Positions 1-12,425 of a stretch of DNA of 64,000 nt are shown here, one piece after another. The position numbers and the translations under genes were made by a program. This DNA is from Octopus vulgaris (taxonomy: Eukaryota): assembly GCA_951406725.2 (NCBI GenBank), contig OX597819.1, positions 90,272,001 to 90,336,000 on the forward strand. The letters run 5' to 3'. The notes beneath the pieces were generated by a model that saw only the letters and a program-made list of their open reading frames with translations, did not search any database and was not told the origin of the DNA. The stretch's first letter is position 1. The number at the start of each line of letters is the position of its first letter.

Positions 1-1108
1 GTCTTGTAACCTTTTCAATAGTTTTGACCCTGTCAGTTATTCACACTGCGTTCCTTTTTGTTTGTTTGTGTGCATGTGTGTGGGTTAGTGTGTGTGTACA
101 TATACACGCATCTATGTATGTAGTGATATGATCAGAAAGATAGCGTTCGAGTATACAGGGGTGCTAGAAAGAAATTAGATAACATTATATGTAATGATAC
201 CAGTGGTACCTGCCCTTGATATAGAAACAAAGATTGGAATAGGATACAAAGAACTTGTGACGAAGCAAACAGAGTGAACACATGGTATAAAACTGAAAAA
301 TATCAAGGAGTGATGTTTGTAGATGTCACAGCCCATGGAGAACTCACCCGTAGATTTAGAAAAGCTCTGAAGGAGACCAAACTCAACATTAAGATTGTTG
401 AAAAGCCAGCAAATTCCATCAGATCACAACTATGTAGGATGTACTCCTTTGAGAATACCATATGTGCCAATGATAACTGCATGGTATGTAGGATTAGCCC
501 TGGTATTAACTGTAGAACTAGAAATGTAGTTTACTGCATCAGATGCATAGAAGGTGCTTGTAAAGACATGAACATGGCATACATAGGAGAGACATCTAGG
601 AGCATTGCAGAATGACTAAATGAACATTTGAGACAATATGACAACAAAAGACAGTCATCCATACTCTACCAACATGGAGGCAACCTGGGTCAACTTAACA
701 TCCGCATCTTATCCACACACACATTCAGACATGCACACACAATGAGACAGAGGTACACACACACATATACAAACACACATACATAAAAACACACAAATAC
801 CGACACGCAAACACATAAATATGCAGAATACATACATACAAATGTAGACACATACATAAATACATGCATACACACACATATGCATGTATATGCACACACA
901 CACACACACACACACTAAGCCACACACATGCACACAAACAAACAAAAAGGAATGCAGTGTGAATAATGGACAGTCAAAACTAATGAAAAGGTTGCAAGAC
1001 GCAATGAAAATTTTAGAAAAAGGAAAGAAATAAGTGGAAATTTTACCAGTGAGAGTGTTAAATTTATAAGGTACTAAAAGAGAAGGACTCTCCTTAGACA
1101 CAACAGTA
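1..1108 (+). mobile_element. Penelope-like element (PLE) 3' remnant: GIY-YIG endonuclease pseudogene with an inverted copy of its 3' terminal region
   Basis: ORF 274-615 contains CxxxxCxxC...C-RTRNVVYCIRC...YIGETSRSIAE*LNEH (GIY-YIG with Cys-rich linker; TGA at 613-615 probably from CGA). Bases ~1-97 are the reverse complement of ~905-1000, the inverted pseudo-LTR arrangement typical of PLEs. Confidence 0.85.
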
Positions 1109-1130
1109 TATATATATATATATATATATA

Positions 1131-1541
1131 GGCGCAGGAGTGGCTGTGTGGTAAGTAGCTTGCTTACCAACCGCATGGTTCCGGGTTCAGTCCCACTGCG
1201 TGGCACCTTGGGGAAGTGTCTTCTACTATAGCCTTGGGCCGACCAAAGCCTTGTGAGTGGATTTGGTAGACAGAAACTGAAAGAAGCCCGTCACATATAT
1301 GTATATATATATATATATATGTGCGTGTGTGTTTGTGTATCTGTGTTTGTCCCCCTAGCATTGCTTGACAACCGATGCTGGTGTGTTTATGTCCCCGTCA
1401 CTTATCAGTTTGGCAAAAGAGACCAATAGAATAAGTACTGGGCTTACAAAGAATAAGTCCCGGGGTCAAGTTGCTCAACTAAAGGCGGTGCTCCAGCATG
1501 GCCGCAGTCAAATGATTGAAACAAGTAAAAGAGTAAAAGAA
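1131..1541 (+). mobile_element. tRNA-derived SINE, family A (octopus OK/OR-like; head, internal TA/TG microsatellite, tail ending AAAAGAGTAAAAGA)
   Basis: A-box-like TGGCTGTGTGG, B-box-like GGTTCAGTCCC, central GGCACCTTGGGNAAGTGTCTT. More than 12 further full or partial copies in the window. Confidence 0.85.
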
Positions 1542-1587
1542 TATATATACACAGACACATATATATATACATACATGTATATATATG

Positions 1588-1627
<40 letters not shown>

Positions 1628-1683
1628 TGAGTGTGTGTATCTATATAATCAATGTCTCTAATTAATCCTCTCTATTCAACATT

Positions 1684-1714
1684 TCTCTGAGGAAGGTTTT
1701 TCCAAAACATTGGG
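1684..1714 (+). ncRNA. Degenerate minimal hammerhead ribozyme motif
   Basis: CTGAGGA-AGG-TTTTT-CC-AAAAC-ATTG. Restoring two CpG transitions gives CC-GAAAC-GTTG. Confidence 0.45.
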
Positions 1715-2699
1715 TTTTTCCACTCCCTATGGTATTTTCACTGTACTCTTCCTATGGAGTTTACTATGTAATGTAAGTCTTGCTGAACAGACCAAAACCA
1801 TCTTCATTGGGGTCAGTTTGATCATGTGTGTGTTTGTGTTTGTGTGTGTACTCTTGTCTGCACATACACATGTATGCATGTGTGTATGTTTGTGTACTGG
1901 GTTATTTGTTTATCTCTAAATATACATGACCCTTTTACACTATTACATCTTTGTATATTTTTTTGTTTCTGTATTTAACTTGTATCTGTTTGTATTAATG
2001 GATGTGCATATCTGTTTTCTAGATGTAATTCTAAAATATTCAAAGGCTTGGCATTGGCTGAAAGGCTGACCCAAACAAAACACACCTTTGCACTGTCTCT
2101 GTCGCCTTCCCCTTCGCCTTTTTAGCCTTTTCCTATAACTCCTTCTTTCTTTCTTTCTTTAGCTACTTCTCTGCCTTTGCTTCCTCTCTTTTGTTTGTTT
2201 TTCTCTCTCTATTTCTCCCTGCCTTTTGCTCTCCATTTACTTCCCTCTCAACATGCATATAAAAAGTCTTGCCATCTATCCAAATTCAGGCATTTGATCT
2301 ATGTTCTGTGTAACATATTACAAGAAATTGTTCCCCTGATGATGTATTGTTGTTCAGCATCCAACTATATTTGGAACATCCAATGCAGAGTTTGCAAGTA
2401 ACCACAATGGAGAAATGTACATTGACAGCAAATCATATAAACTTGTGTTTATCATATTTTTTCCTACATTTGCTTTGTACAACATAACCTCTAATACTAC
2501 TAAAATACTACTAATACTACTAAACCACACTTCTATGCTGGAAGCGGTCTGGCTCATGATACTCAATGAAGAGTTCTAAACTTGCAAGTAATAGTTATGA
2601 ATCTAACTGAACATATGTTTGTGTGTGTGTGTGTGTGTGTATGTATGTGTGTGTGTGTGTGTATCTTTATGTTCAGTTATAGTAAAAACAATTTTACAT

Positions 2700-2737
2700 A
2701 AATCTGATAGGTTACTCTATATTTTTGTAGAGTACAA

Positions 2738-2772
<35 letters not shown>

Positions 2773-3336
2773 TTTTTGTTATATTATTAAATTTATTATC
2801 TTCATTAATTGAATTAAATTTTATCTTATTTTCATTTTTATTTTTATTTATATTTTTATTTTTTATTCCAATATTAAATGTATTATTTACATCATCAAAA
2901 TACCTATTATTATTAGGACGATAGATACCTAAATAAAATTTATCATAATTTAGATAATTAGGTTTATCATTATAAAAATCATTTATATTATACTCTTTCA
3001 AATTATAATTATGTTTACAAATATTAAAGAATTTAATATTATTATTACATTCTCCTCATGCAGGACTTTATTATAAGGTGTATGTTTATTAAAAATCTCT
3101 AAATTATAAGAAAGTAATGATATTCTTTTACATACATTATTTATCAACGATTTTTTTCACAGAAGGTGGATGATTACTATAAGCATTAATATATCTGAGA
3201 TTTTCATTAATTTTATGGAATGGTTGGGTTTTACCCGTTATTAAATTAAAATTAACATTATAGTTCTCATTATAAATAGTAATACTTAAACCATATCTTT
3301 TAAAGAAATTATAACCATCCAGTAATATACTGCTTG

Positions 3337-3340
<4 letters not shown>
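2700..3340 (-). mobile_element. AT-rich Penelope-like RT remnant
   Basis: Minus ORF 3137-3409 contains PFHKINENLRYINAYSNHPPSVKK, matching the PLE RT thumb motif Y-[IL]-x-x-x-S-N-H-P-P. Confidence 0.65.
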
Positions 3341-3374
<34 letters not shown>

Positions 3375-3375
<1 letters not shown>

Positions 3376-3796
3376 GATGGGTTGCCCCTGGGAGCTCCTC
3401 AATGCTCATGACCTGGCCCTCATAGTAGAATCACTACCAGAACTAGAAAAGAAATTTTGTGTGTGGAAGCTAGGTTTAGAATCAAAAGGCCTTAGAATCA
3501 ATGTAACAAAGACCAAAGTTCTAGTAAGTAGGAAGGCAAACTCATCACACACCCCTTTTGGTAAGTGGCCCTGCTCGATCTGTAGAAAAGGTGTAGGTAG
3601 AAACTCCATAAGATGTACCCAGTGTAAGCTATGAACATATAAGAGGTGCAGCAACATCAAAGGAAAATTAACTGAGAAGATAGCTTTTGTGTGCGGCAGA
3701 TGCACAGGAGCAATATACACCACAGATACTCAGAAAACAGATTCCATCACATTGCAGGGGGAGAAACTAGAAGTAGTTGATAGTTTCCACTACCTT
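3375..3796 (+). mobile_element. RTE-clade LINE RT fragment with embedded PHD-like finger
   Basis: GCPWELLNAHDLAL (degenerate LYADDL)...KGLRINVTKTKVL...KWPCSICRKGVGRNSIRCTQCKL*TYKRCS...FVCGRC; premature stop at 3632-3634. Confidence 0.9.
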
Positions 3797-4440
3797 CTCC
3801 ATAATGAATTAATCTTGTTCACAATAATACTCTATTGGAATATTTTAGTTCATAACTTTTAATAATATTAAAGTCTTTAACCTAGGGATTAAATTAAAGG
3901 TTTTGCTTCTTTATATATATATATATATTTCCTTATTTTTTATTCCTTATCATATCATGAGGCAAGTTAAACTTTTAGTTTTTAGGTTTTTTTTAGGAAT
4001 TTGACCTGAGGAGTGACTGCTTTTGGAAGTAAAATCATTTTTCCATTCTAATGAACTTGGATATGGTTTGCTTATATGATTTTATATAGTCCTAATGCAG
4101 CCATGAAATGCGCGTAGTCGGTGTACATGTACTTACTTTTATACATGTACTTTTATACATTGTATTATTGTTTATTGTTCAATTTATACTTTATTTGATT
4201 TTAGATTAATAATTTTATGATGAATATTTCTTTGTATGGTATTCACTATGATTTTAAAAGTATTTGCTCTTATATATTATATGATTGTATTAATCTTACT
4301 GTTCAATATTATATATTATTAAAATTTTAGATTAGTATTTTGTATGGTATATGTCTCACAGCATGGTTTTGGACAGGTTCTTCATTGACTGAGTTGTGGA
4401 ATGGTGGTTCATCTTTAAATTAGTTTTATATATATATATA

Positions 4441-5716
4441 TTGGGTCATCCCAAAAATAATGTGTTTTTTTTATACTTCTTTTATTTTTCAAAATTAAGA
4501 AAAACAAATTTCTTTTTTAATCTAAAATATATTCTCCTTCATTTTCTACAATGCTCTTCCATCTATCTGGTAGACTTGCAAGGCCCCTCTTCCAAAATTC
4601 ATCTGTCCGTGATGAAAAATACTCCTCCAGTACTGTTCTGACCTTGTCAACAGAATTAATATTTTTTCTGTCCAAATGATTTTGAAGACTGCGGAATAAA
4701 TGATAATCAGATGGGGCAATGTCCAGTGAATATGGTGGGTGGGACATCGTTTCCCATTCAAACTGCTTCATCCTTTGGAATGTCATCCTCACTGTATGTG
4801 GCTGAGTATTATCCTAATGGAAGCACACCTTTCATCTTGAAAGCAAAGATGGTCATTTTTCTTTTAGCTCTGGCTTAAGCTGCTTGCAGTAGATCTCCCT
4901 TGTTATTGTTTGGTTGGCGTTTGAAAGTTCAAGTGGGCTAAACATTTCATATCCCACCAAACAAATAACAACATCTTACATGGGTGAAGACCTTCTTTAG
5001 CCTGGGGTGCTGGTGTTTCTCCTTTCCCTGTCCACTGTCTTTGGCACTTGGCATTTTTATAGAGAACCCATTTCTTGTCTTCAGTCACTATCCAGTCCAA
5101 AAAAGGTTCATTCATGAGACATGGCTGCAAAGAAGATCACACATTCACTCTCTGCACACAATTAGACTCAGAACATTTGTGAGGAACCCACAATTTGCTG
5201 ACTTTTCCAGGTGTTGATATATGACCAAATCCAAGCTTCTCTGCTAGTTCCTCAACAATTACGATGGGATTTTGTTCCACCAGGGTTTGCAGGATGTTCT
5301 TGATTTCTACAGACCTTCCACGATGAGGCTTCTCTTCTAGGCTGTAGTTTCTGGCTCATAATTTCTGGAACCACTGTTGACACTGGCTTACACTTATTTT
5401 CCAATCCCCATATACTGCATTAATATTCCTCACACTTTCCATTGCATTGTTGCCTTTATTGAACTCATAAAGCAAAATATGCTGAATATGTTCCTTTGTC
5501 ACTTCCATTATTGCTTTGAAAAAATAACTGTTAAAATTGAACTACACTCTTCAAAACTTGCACTAAGAATAAGATTACGGTAAGATTACTACCTGCTTTT
5601 ATAGCAAGTTGATGCAGGTGGTTTGTGATGCAGGGATAAACTACCTGCATCATATATATGTATGTATATGTACATACATACATATGTATATACATATATA
5701 TATATCTATATACATA

Positions 5717-5762
<46 letters not shown>

Positions 5763-5852
5763 CATATACATACATATATATGTATGTATATGCCCCTCCG
5801 ACTTTTAGTTCAAGCAATTGAAAAAAAACTCATTATTTATGGGCTGATCCAA
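4441..5852 (-). mobile_element. Full-length decayed mariner (Tc1/mariner) DNA transposon
   Basis: TIRs TTGGGTCATCCCAAAAATAATGTGTTTTTT (4441-4470) and AAAAAAAACTCATTATTTATGGGCTGATCCAA (5821-5852), TA on both sides. About 140 bp of microsatellite sits inside at ~5652-5790. Confidence 0.93.
4517..5508 (-). pseudogene. Mariner transposase pseudogene
   Basis: Starts MEVTKEHIQHILLYEFNKG at 5508; WIVTEDKKWVLY (TGDEKW motif); HPPYSLDIAPSDYHLFRSLQNHL; ends EGEYILD*. Multiple frameshifts and stops. Confidence 0.92.
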
Positions 5853-6021
5853 TATATATATAAGTATATGTGTGTGTGTGTACAAAGTATGAGAATTTAG
5901 TTCACAGGTGATCTGAACAATTAGGTACGTTAGGTTAGTGCTGTAACAAACTACTGGGGCTCCAAGGTTATAGCCGAGGTGGTAATTATGGAGCCATTGC
6001 AGATTTCCAATGCAGTGAATA

Positions 6022-6574
6022 TATAATTGTTAAGCATTAAGGCAAGGCAAACATCTCAAGTCATATACAATACTAGCAGTATCGCCCGGCGTTGCTCGGG
6101 TTTGTAAGGGAAATAACTATATAAGCATTTTTAGAGATGTAAAGTATAATAGCCATCTCAATATGGCTAACCACAAAGGTGGGGTGTTACTGTAGCTTTT
6201 TACGTTCTGAGATTTAATAATAAATTTTTAAAGAGTTACTTCCCCTATATATGCCAAAAAATGCATTAAAAATGTGAAAAATTGATGGTAATTTTTTTTT
6301 TAAATCGTAGACTCATCGTAGACGCGCGCTAATACCCAGAAGGGCTCGATATGAATCACGACTATAAGATACCCGGTTTTGGTTAAACTGCACTGCAAAA
6401 TGTGGGAGTAGTTAGGAATCTAAATCGTAGGAGACAGACAGCACACAACCTCTCTTTTATATATAAAGATTACTTCTTCCTGTAAGATTTTGAATTTCTT
6501 CCTATAATAATATTGTATTTGACTTGAGATGTTTGCCTTGCCTTAATGTTTACTGTCCTGTTTAACAATTGTAT
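6022..6574. mobile_element. Hairpin/MITE-like inverted repeat interrupted by a Helitron
   Basis: CATTAAGGCAAGGCAAACATCTCAAGTCATATACAATA (6035-6072) pairs with TATTGTATTTGACTTGAGATGTTTGCCTTGCCTTAATG (6511-6548). Pairing continues once 6073-6469 is removed. Confidence 0.75.
6073..6469 (-). mobile_element. Non-autonomous Helitron (397 bp)
   Basis: Minus strand begins 5'-TC(TTTATATATAAAAGAG) and ends CCCGAGCAACGCCGGG hairpin + CGATACTG-CTAG-3'. Inserted between A and T with no TSD; CpG-rich, so probably young. Confidence 0.92.
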
Positions 6575-6744
6575 GTATGTATGTATATGTATGTAAATAC
6601 TTCACTTAGGCATAGCAAGTCTGATAACCTGGTGTTGAACTCAGTATACGTATGGTCAAGAACACAATGTTATATGAGTATGGAGTGGTAAAAGAAAACA
6701 AAGAGATGACCTGGAAAAACCAACTGTTATGTAAAGAACTCCAT

Positions 6745-6821
6745 TAGCTTACAGCTGTTTCTCCTATAAAATGTGGTGGACTTTTAGTTGAGATAACATT
6801 TTATAGCTTCATCAGATCCTT
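6745..6821 (-). ncRNA. Type I minimal hammerhead ribozyme, intact core
   Basis: Minus strand: CTGATGA-AG-CTATAAAATG...CATTTTATAG-GA-GAAAC-AGCT-GTA. Stem II has 10 bp and stem/loop III is the palindrome ACAGCTGT; stem I has one mismatch. Confidence 0.75.
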
Positions 6822-6953
6822 GAATATGAAGTGTACTTTATTTGAAAAAGTTACATTTTCAGAACATACAGGTACATGAGTGAGAAAATTTATGTTGATG
6901 GATAGGGAAAGTTTTATCCCAAGGTAGGAAAAAATAAAGTGCATTTAGTTTTC

Positions 6954-7036
6954 AAGGCTCTTATGAAGCTATAGGATGATATCCTGATACTCAGTTAAGA
7001 GTCCACCACATCTTATTGCAGAAACAACTGTAAGCT
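6954..7036 (+). ncRNA. Degenerate hammerhead, inverted partner of 6745-6821
   Basis: GGCT-CTTATGA (core G to T)-AGCTATAGG...GAAAC-AACT-GTA-AGCT. Part of inverted repeat 6691-6845 / 6931-7090. Confidence 0.65.
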
Positions 7037-7088
7037 AATGAAGTTCATTATGTAATATTTGGTTTTTCTAGTGTCATCTTTTTTGTTT

Positions 7089-7210
7089 TGTGTGTGTGTG
7101 TGTGTATATATATATATAGATAGATAGATAGATAGATAGTTAGATGTATTAGTGTGTGCATATATATGTATATATATATATATGTGTGTGTGTGTGTGCA
7201 TATATATGTA

Positions 7211-7266
<56 letters not shown>

Positions 7267-7276
7267 CATATGTGTG

Positions 7277-7312
<36 letters not shown>

Positions 7313-7585
7313 TATGTGTGTATATATGTGTGTGTGTGTGTGTGCATATGTGTGTATATGTGTGTGTGTGTGTGCATATGTGTGTATATATATGTGTGTG
7401 TGTGTGTGTGTGTGCATATGTGTGTATATATATGTGTGTGTGTGTGTGTGTGTGCATATATATGTATATATATGCCTATATTTGTGTGCATATATATGAA
7501 TGTATATGCCTATATTTGTCTGTATATATTTGCATATATATATATATATAGATTGATAGACGAATATATTTGTGTGTGCGCGCAC
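7089..7585. repeat. Compound (TG)n/(TA)n microsatellite with recurring GCATATGTGTGTATA units
   Basis: Visible directly; source of the spurious HT/YI/CV ORFs. Confidence 0.95.
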
Positions 7586-9339
7586 ATATCTTTAGCTACT
7601 TTTTAAACTTTAGGTTTGTTTGTACACACATGCATATATTCACATCTCCATCTGTTATTGCATGTACTCACACATACATATACACATGTATTTGCTAGTA
7701 TTGTGTAAAATTTGTGAGCTTACAAATAAATGCTTATTTAAATAAAAAGAAAGCTCTCTGTGTGCATCTGTGTGCACACGCATGTTTGTGTGTATATCTA
7801 TACATGTCTATTTATCAATCGATTAACCATGTCACCTCCTTAAAAAGTGGATTTAAGTTATTTTTGTGTATTTCTCTTGTAACTTTTAACTTTGAAAGAA
7901 AGAATCATGGAATATTTATGCTATGAATTTTGGTATCTTAAGATGAAAGAATGGAAAGGAATAACAACAAGGAACTATACCTAGAAGCTAAGATTAGATA
8001 GATGGTTTATCTAGTTGATAGAGAAGCACTGAGTATGTTATCTGTTGAGATGATAAGAAACATAATTCCTTTTAAGTTGAAATATAAGAACATCACAATG
8101 AAAATCAATATGTCGATGGAATAAAGTTTGTCTGTCTGAAATGATAAGGGTGCACTTGCCTTCATAGACAAAAAAAAAGAGACGAGACAAAAGTATTGTT
8201 GTAAGAAATTCTTGCACAAATGTATAACTAAGATAGCAAAGTCCTTTACTCTGTGAAGTCATAAGTGTTCATTTGTAGAAGTTGTTTATGACAGAGTGGG
8301 GAAAGCATTTCAGAGCATAAACATAAGGACGACTATGAAACATCTCAGGAATTGTTGTTGTGAAGTTGGATAGTCAAAATGCTTCTTTTTTTTTTACGTT
8401 TTCACCTTTTTGTTACCATATTTCTGGTGAAAAAAAAAGACAAAAAAAAATACTGCTTTCGTCTCTATTAATTTTCAAAGATATGAGACACACTCTGTGA
8501 AATGGTTGGTACTAAGAAGAGCATCTAACTCTTGCCAGCTCCTGTCAGACCATTCTAGCATGGAAAACAGACATTAAATGATGATGCCACCACCACCAAT
8601 GCCACTGCTGCTGCCAACAACAACTTTAGTAAAATATCGGTCATTATTAAACTCTTGCTTGGAACATTAGTTAAGATACAAATTTAATGGAAGGTTTTAA
8701 TACATACCAATTTAAACAAAGAGATTTTAACATAGAACAAGGGGCAGTTGGTCTGGTATCAAAACAATTAGACTATCAGATTTTTATGAAAGATAAGGAT
8801 GATAAATGACCACCTGAGAAGTTACAGCTGCAACATGAAATGTTCTAAAGTTATTAGACAGTCTTGAAAAGCATAAAAAGAGTCAAAGGAGCTAAGGCAT
8901 CTATTAAATAACAATTTCAGTGTCTGAATGAAAATACTGCAAATAATAGGTGAAGTGCAAAAAGTATGGTTAGAATTACCTGTTAACTCGTTGTAAATTA
9001 ATGTATAGCTGGGTATAAATACATTGAATTTCACAATAAATTTAGTCTTAAGTCATCTTAGTATTACTGAAGCAGTAGCAAATGAATTAAGTATTTGGTA
9101 GTCATAGCAGAATTTGTTGACAGACTATGAATAAAGTGTGACTTTTGTAAGTGCTTCAATGAAACCTAAGACACTAGTAATCAGGAGGCCTCAGAGTTCA
9201 CAGTTATTTAGTTATATAATGTATATAGATATAGGTACATATGTGTATATAAGTCTATGTACTCTATAATTCATCAGTAGAACACAACTGAAACCTTGAA
9301 ATTCCCAGCACCAGGTTTCCAAATCTATAATGACCATCC

Positions 9340-9545
9340 CTTGTGTGGCTCTGATATATATGACATTGCCAAAATTATTGCAAAGACTAGAATTCTTCTC
9401 TTGAGCCCGGAAATATTCCAGCTCTTATCAGTTGCTAACCCTCTACAAAGCTCGACAATGGGCTAGAATGGATAGTTATAGGAATAGTGTTGTTGCTATG
9501 CACACAAGCATCATAGACCACATCTACAAGAAGACCATTTTCCCA
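9340..9545 (+). mobile_element. Old CR1/L2-like LINE RT remnant
   Basis: One frame reads RKYSSSYQLLTLYKARQWARMD, resembling the L-x-x-LYK-x-x-x-RP-x-x-EY motif. Confidence 0.4.
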
Positions 9546-10555
9546 GAGGTAAAAATGAGTTTACATAGGGTCAGTACTCTTAACTAGAAAAAAGCAAAAT
9601 TACTGAAACATCAATGACCATTCAAAACCTTCAAAATGTGGGAGAGGAACGCCTTACACCCCCGAGTTGGAAACAGTGGGGAAAATTCATTGATAGCCTA
9701 TGCTTCTTAGGAAGTAAAGTGCTTAAGTAAGTAAAGTGAATGTATTTCTCATAATAAAGGGTAGGTTATTTTACTCTACAGGACAGTAAAATATAAACCT
9801 TAGATTTTGGAATATTGTGCAAGGAATAACCTCTAACTAGACTTAAAACTTGACATATCAAGGATGCAGAATCTGTTGGTTGCTTTTGAGTGCTCAGTCA
9901 AGGTATAAGCCAATTAGACAGATTTGTTCTAATTGAACCCTGTACCTACACTCAAGCAGAAGACACTATGATGAAATTTTAGTATATCATTGTGGCTAAC
10001 GATGTAACCTCAAGTCTTCAATGCTTTTTGTCTGGGTCTAGCATACTACACAAAGCATAAAACATCAATCTTCAGTACTTGCAGAGTAGAGGACCCCACT
10101 GACAATTCTCTAATTGGACCCTGCACTTCCTATTGCCAGCCCTGCAGAACTGACAGGATTTTCTGCAACGTTGACTTTTTGCAGCTGGTTTGCTTCAATC
10201 TGAACTTTTCCCTCTAGACATTTTAATAATCCCTTGAATATTGTTTTATCATTTCACTCCAGCCATTTAAAATGGATAACCAGTGGATAATTACTTTTTA
10301 ATAGAAGGAAGAAATTTTATTACTTCTATAATGCAAAAAGCAAAGCAGTGATGTTGTTATTGCTGTTTCATCCCCAAGCAGACCTATCATCACAGGTTAC
10401 AGACACTTCACTCAGGACCATCTTGTCTTCTGTTTAGATCTAGTGTACTTACATTATCTAATGTGTCCTTTTTTTAAAGGTAGGATGTGATTTGAAATTA
10501 AGCTACCATTTTTGGTAAGTTGAGCAACCACACGAAAAAAGAAAAAAGTAAAAAA

Positions 10556-10885
10556 CCCTTCGGTCATGAATGATTATGGGATTGCACCTAGGAAGTTCCT
10601 CTCTGAGATACAAGTCCGGGCAAGGTTATTTATAGAAGACCAGTAGTCACCCATGCATACCGGCCTCTGCTCTCCACACCACCAATGTTATCCTAGGGAA
10701 AGGCAAAGGACAATACGGCTTAGCACCTGTGACATCACAACTCATTTCTACAACTGAGTGAACTGGAGCAACATGAAATAAAGTGTCTTGCTCAAGAACA
10801 CAACACACAGCCCAGTCCAGGAATCAAACTCACTATCTCATGATTGTGAGCCTGGTGCTCTAACCACTGAGCCCTGTGTCTTCAC
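10556..10885 (-). mobile_element. tRNA-derived SINE, family B (GTGTTGTGTTCTTGAGCAAGACAC central domain)
   Basis: Same sequence as the copies at ~38018-38346 (+) and 54892-55229 (-); head GGCTCAGTGGTTAGAGC. Confidence 0.85.
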
Positions 10886-11582
10886 TGAAAGCGACTACAT
10901 TGAGCCTCCATTATTCCTAAATTTAGAGAGGAGTGACGAAGGGAGGTAGTGTGTGTGTGTGAAAATTAACGAGTTTAATTCGAAGGTTATTTGGCTATTG
11001 GTCAAAAAAACTCATGTTTTACTTTTAAATTTTAGCAACAGAGTTTTGAACTCTATGCTTTCAGTAAGGTGTTACAGGTTGAAGATTTGATTCACATTGA
11101 AAGCATGATTAAAGAACTTCAATAGAAGTTTGAATCTTGGGAGACTGAGAAGAAAAAAGATCAGTCTGAGATTGGAAAGATACGTTGATCTAGATTGAAA
11201 AGAAATAGGTCCCAAGATGTTGATGCAGAAAGTAATGAAATGTTTGAGATAACTAATAAGCTTAAGGGAGGAAAAAAACAGTATAGTATCATTTTCTCTA
11301 TTGCACAGCCACAATTTATCTCTCATTTTATTCATCTATCTACTTCTTCATTGTAATAGCTATATTTGACTATTTCACAGTAAACTGTTTTGAAAAGTAG
11401 TTTGTATTTTAACATCATCAAAACAACATGAAGGTAACTTTTATTTCTCTTTTTAAAGTGAGAAGTGTATCAGCCTTAAACTTTTGTTTTACAAGTATAA
11501 ATATGGAGTAATGTTGAGTAATATTCTCATAGAAGAGATAGTAATTCCTTCTTACTTCTTTTTATTATTTTAATTATGTAAG

Positions 11583-11912
11583 CACAGGCATGGCTGTGTG
11601 GTTACAAAACTTGCTTCCCAACTGTGTGGTCTTGGGTTCAATCCTACTTCACAGCACCTTTGGCATGTACCTTCTACTATACCCACAAACCAAACAAAGC
11701 CTTCTGACTTGATTTGGTTGACAGAAACTGAGAGAAGGTGGCGAGCTGGCAGAAACATTAGCATGCCGGACAAAATGCTTAGCAGTATTTCGTCTGCTGT
11801 TACATTCTGAGTTCAAATACCACCGAGGTTGGCTTTGCCTTTCATCTTTTTTTGTCCCCTCTATGTTTAGCCCCTTGTGGGCAATAAAGAAATAAGAAAC
11901 TGAAAGAAGTCC
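11583..11912 (+). mobile_element. Family A SINE with a family C SINE nested inside
   Basis: Family C (GGCGAGCTGGCAGAA...GCCTTTCATC, Meta-domain-like) at ~11738-11894, flanked by duplicated AGAAACTGA(G/A)AGAAG. Confidence 0.75.
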
Positions 11913-11915
11913 ATT

Positions 11916-12425
<510 letters not shown>

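Noticed and set aside
613-615. In-frame TGA in the PLE ORF as possible selenocysteine
   Set aside because: The position corresponds to the conserved Arg of GIY-YIG (ERLNEH); CGA to TGA decay is simpler and no SECIS was seen.
4091-4120. CTAATGC...GAAATGCGCGTA HHR-like trace
   Set aside because: Two core mismatches, no stem II and no stem I pairing; not counted.
7013-7606. Long ORFs rich in HT/YI/CV dipeptides (also 11914-12490 and many others)
   Set aside because: Translations of dinucleotide microsatellites, open in several frames on both strands.
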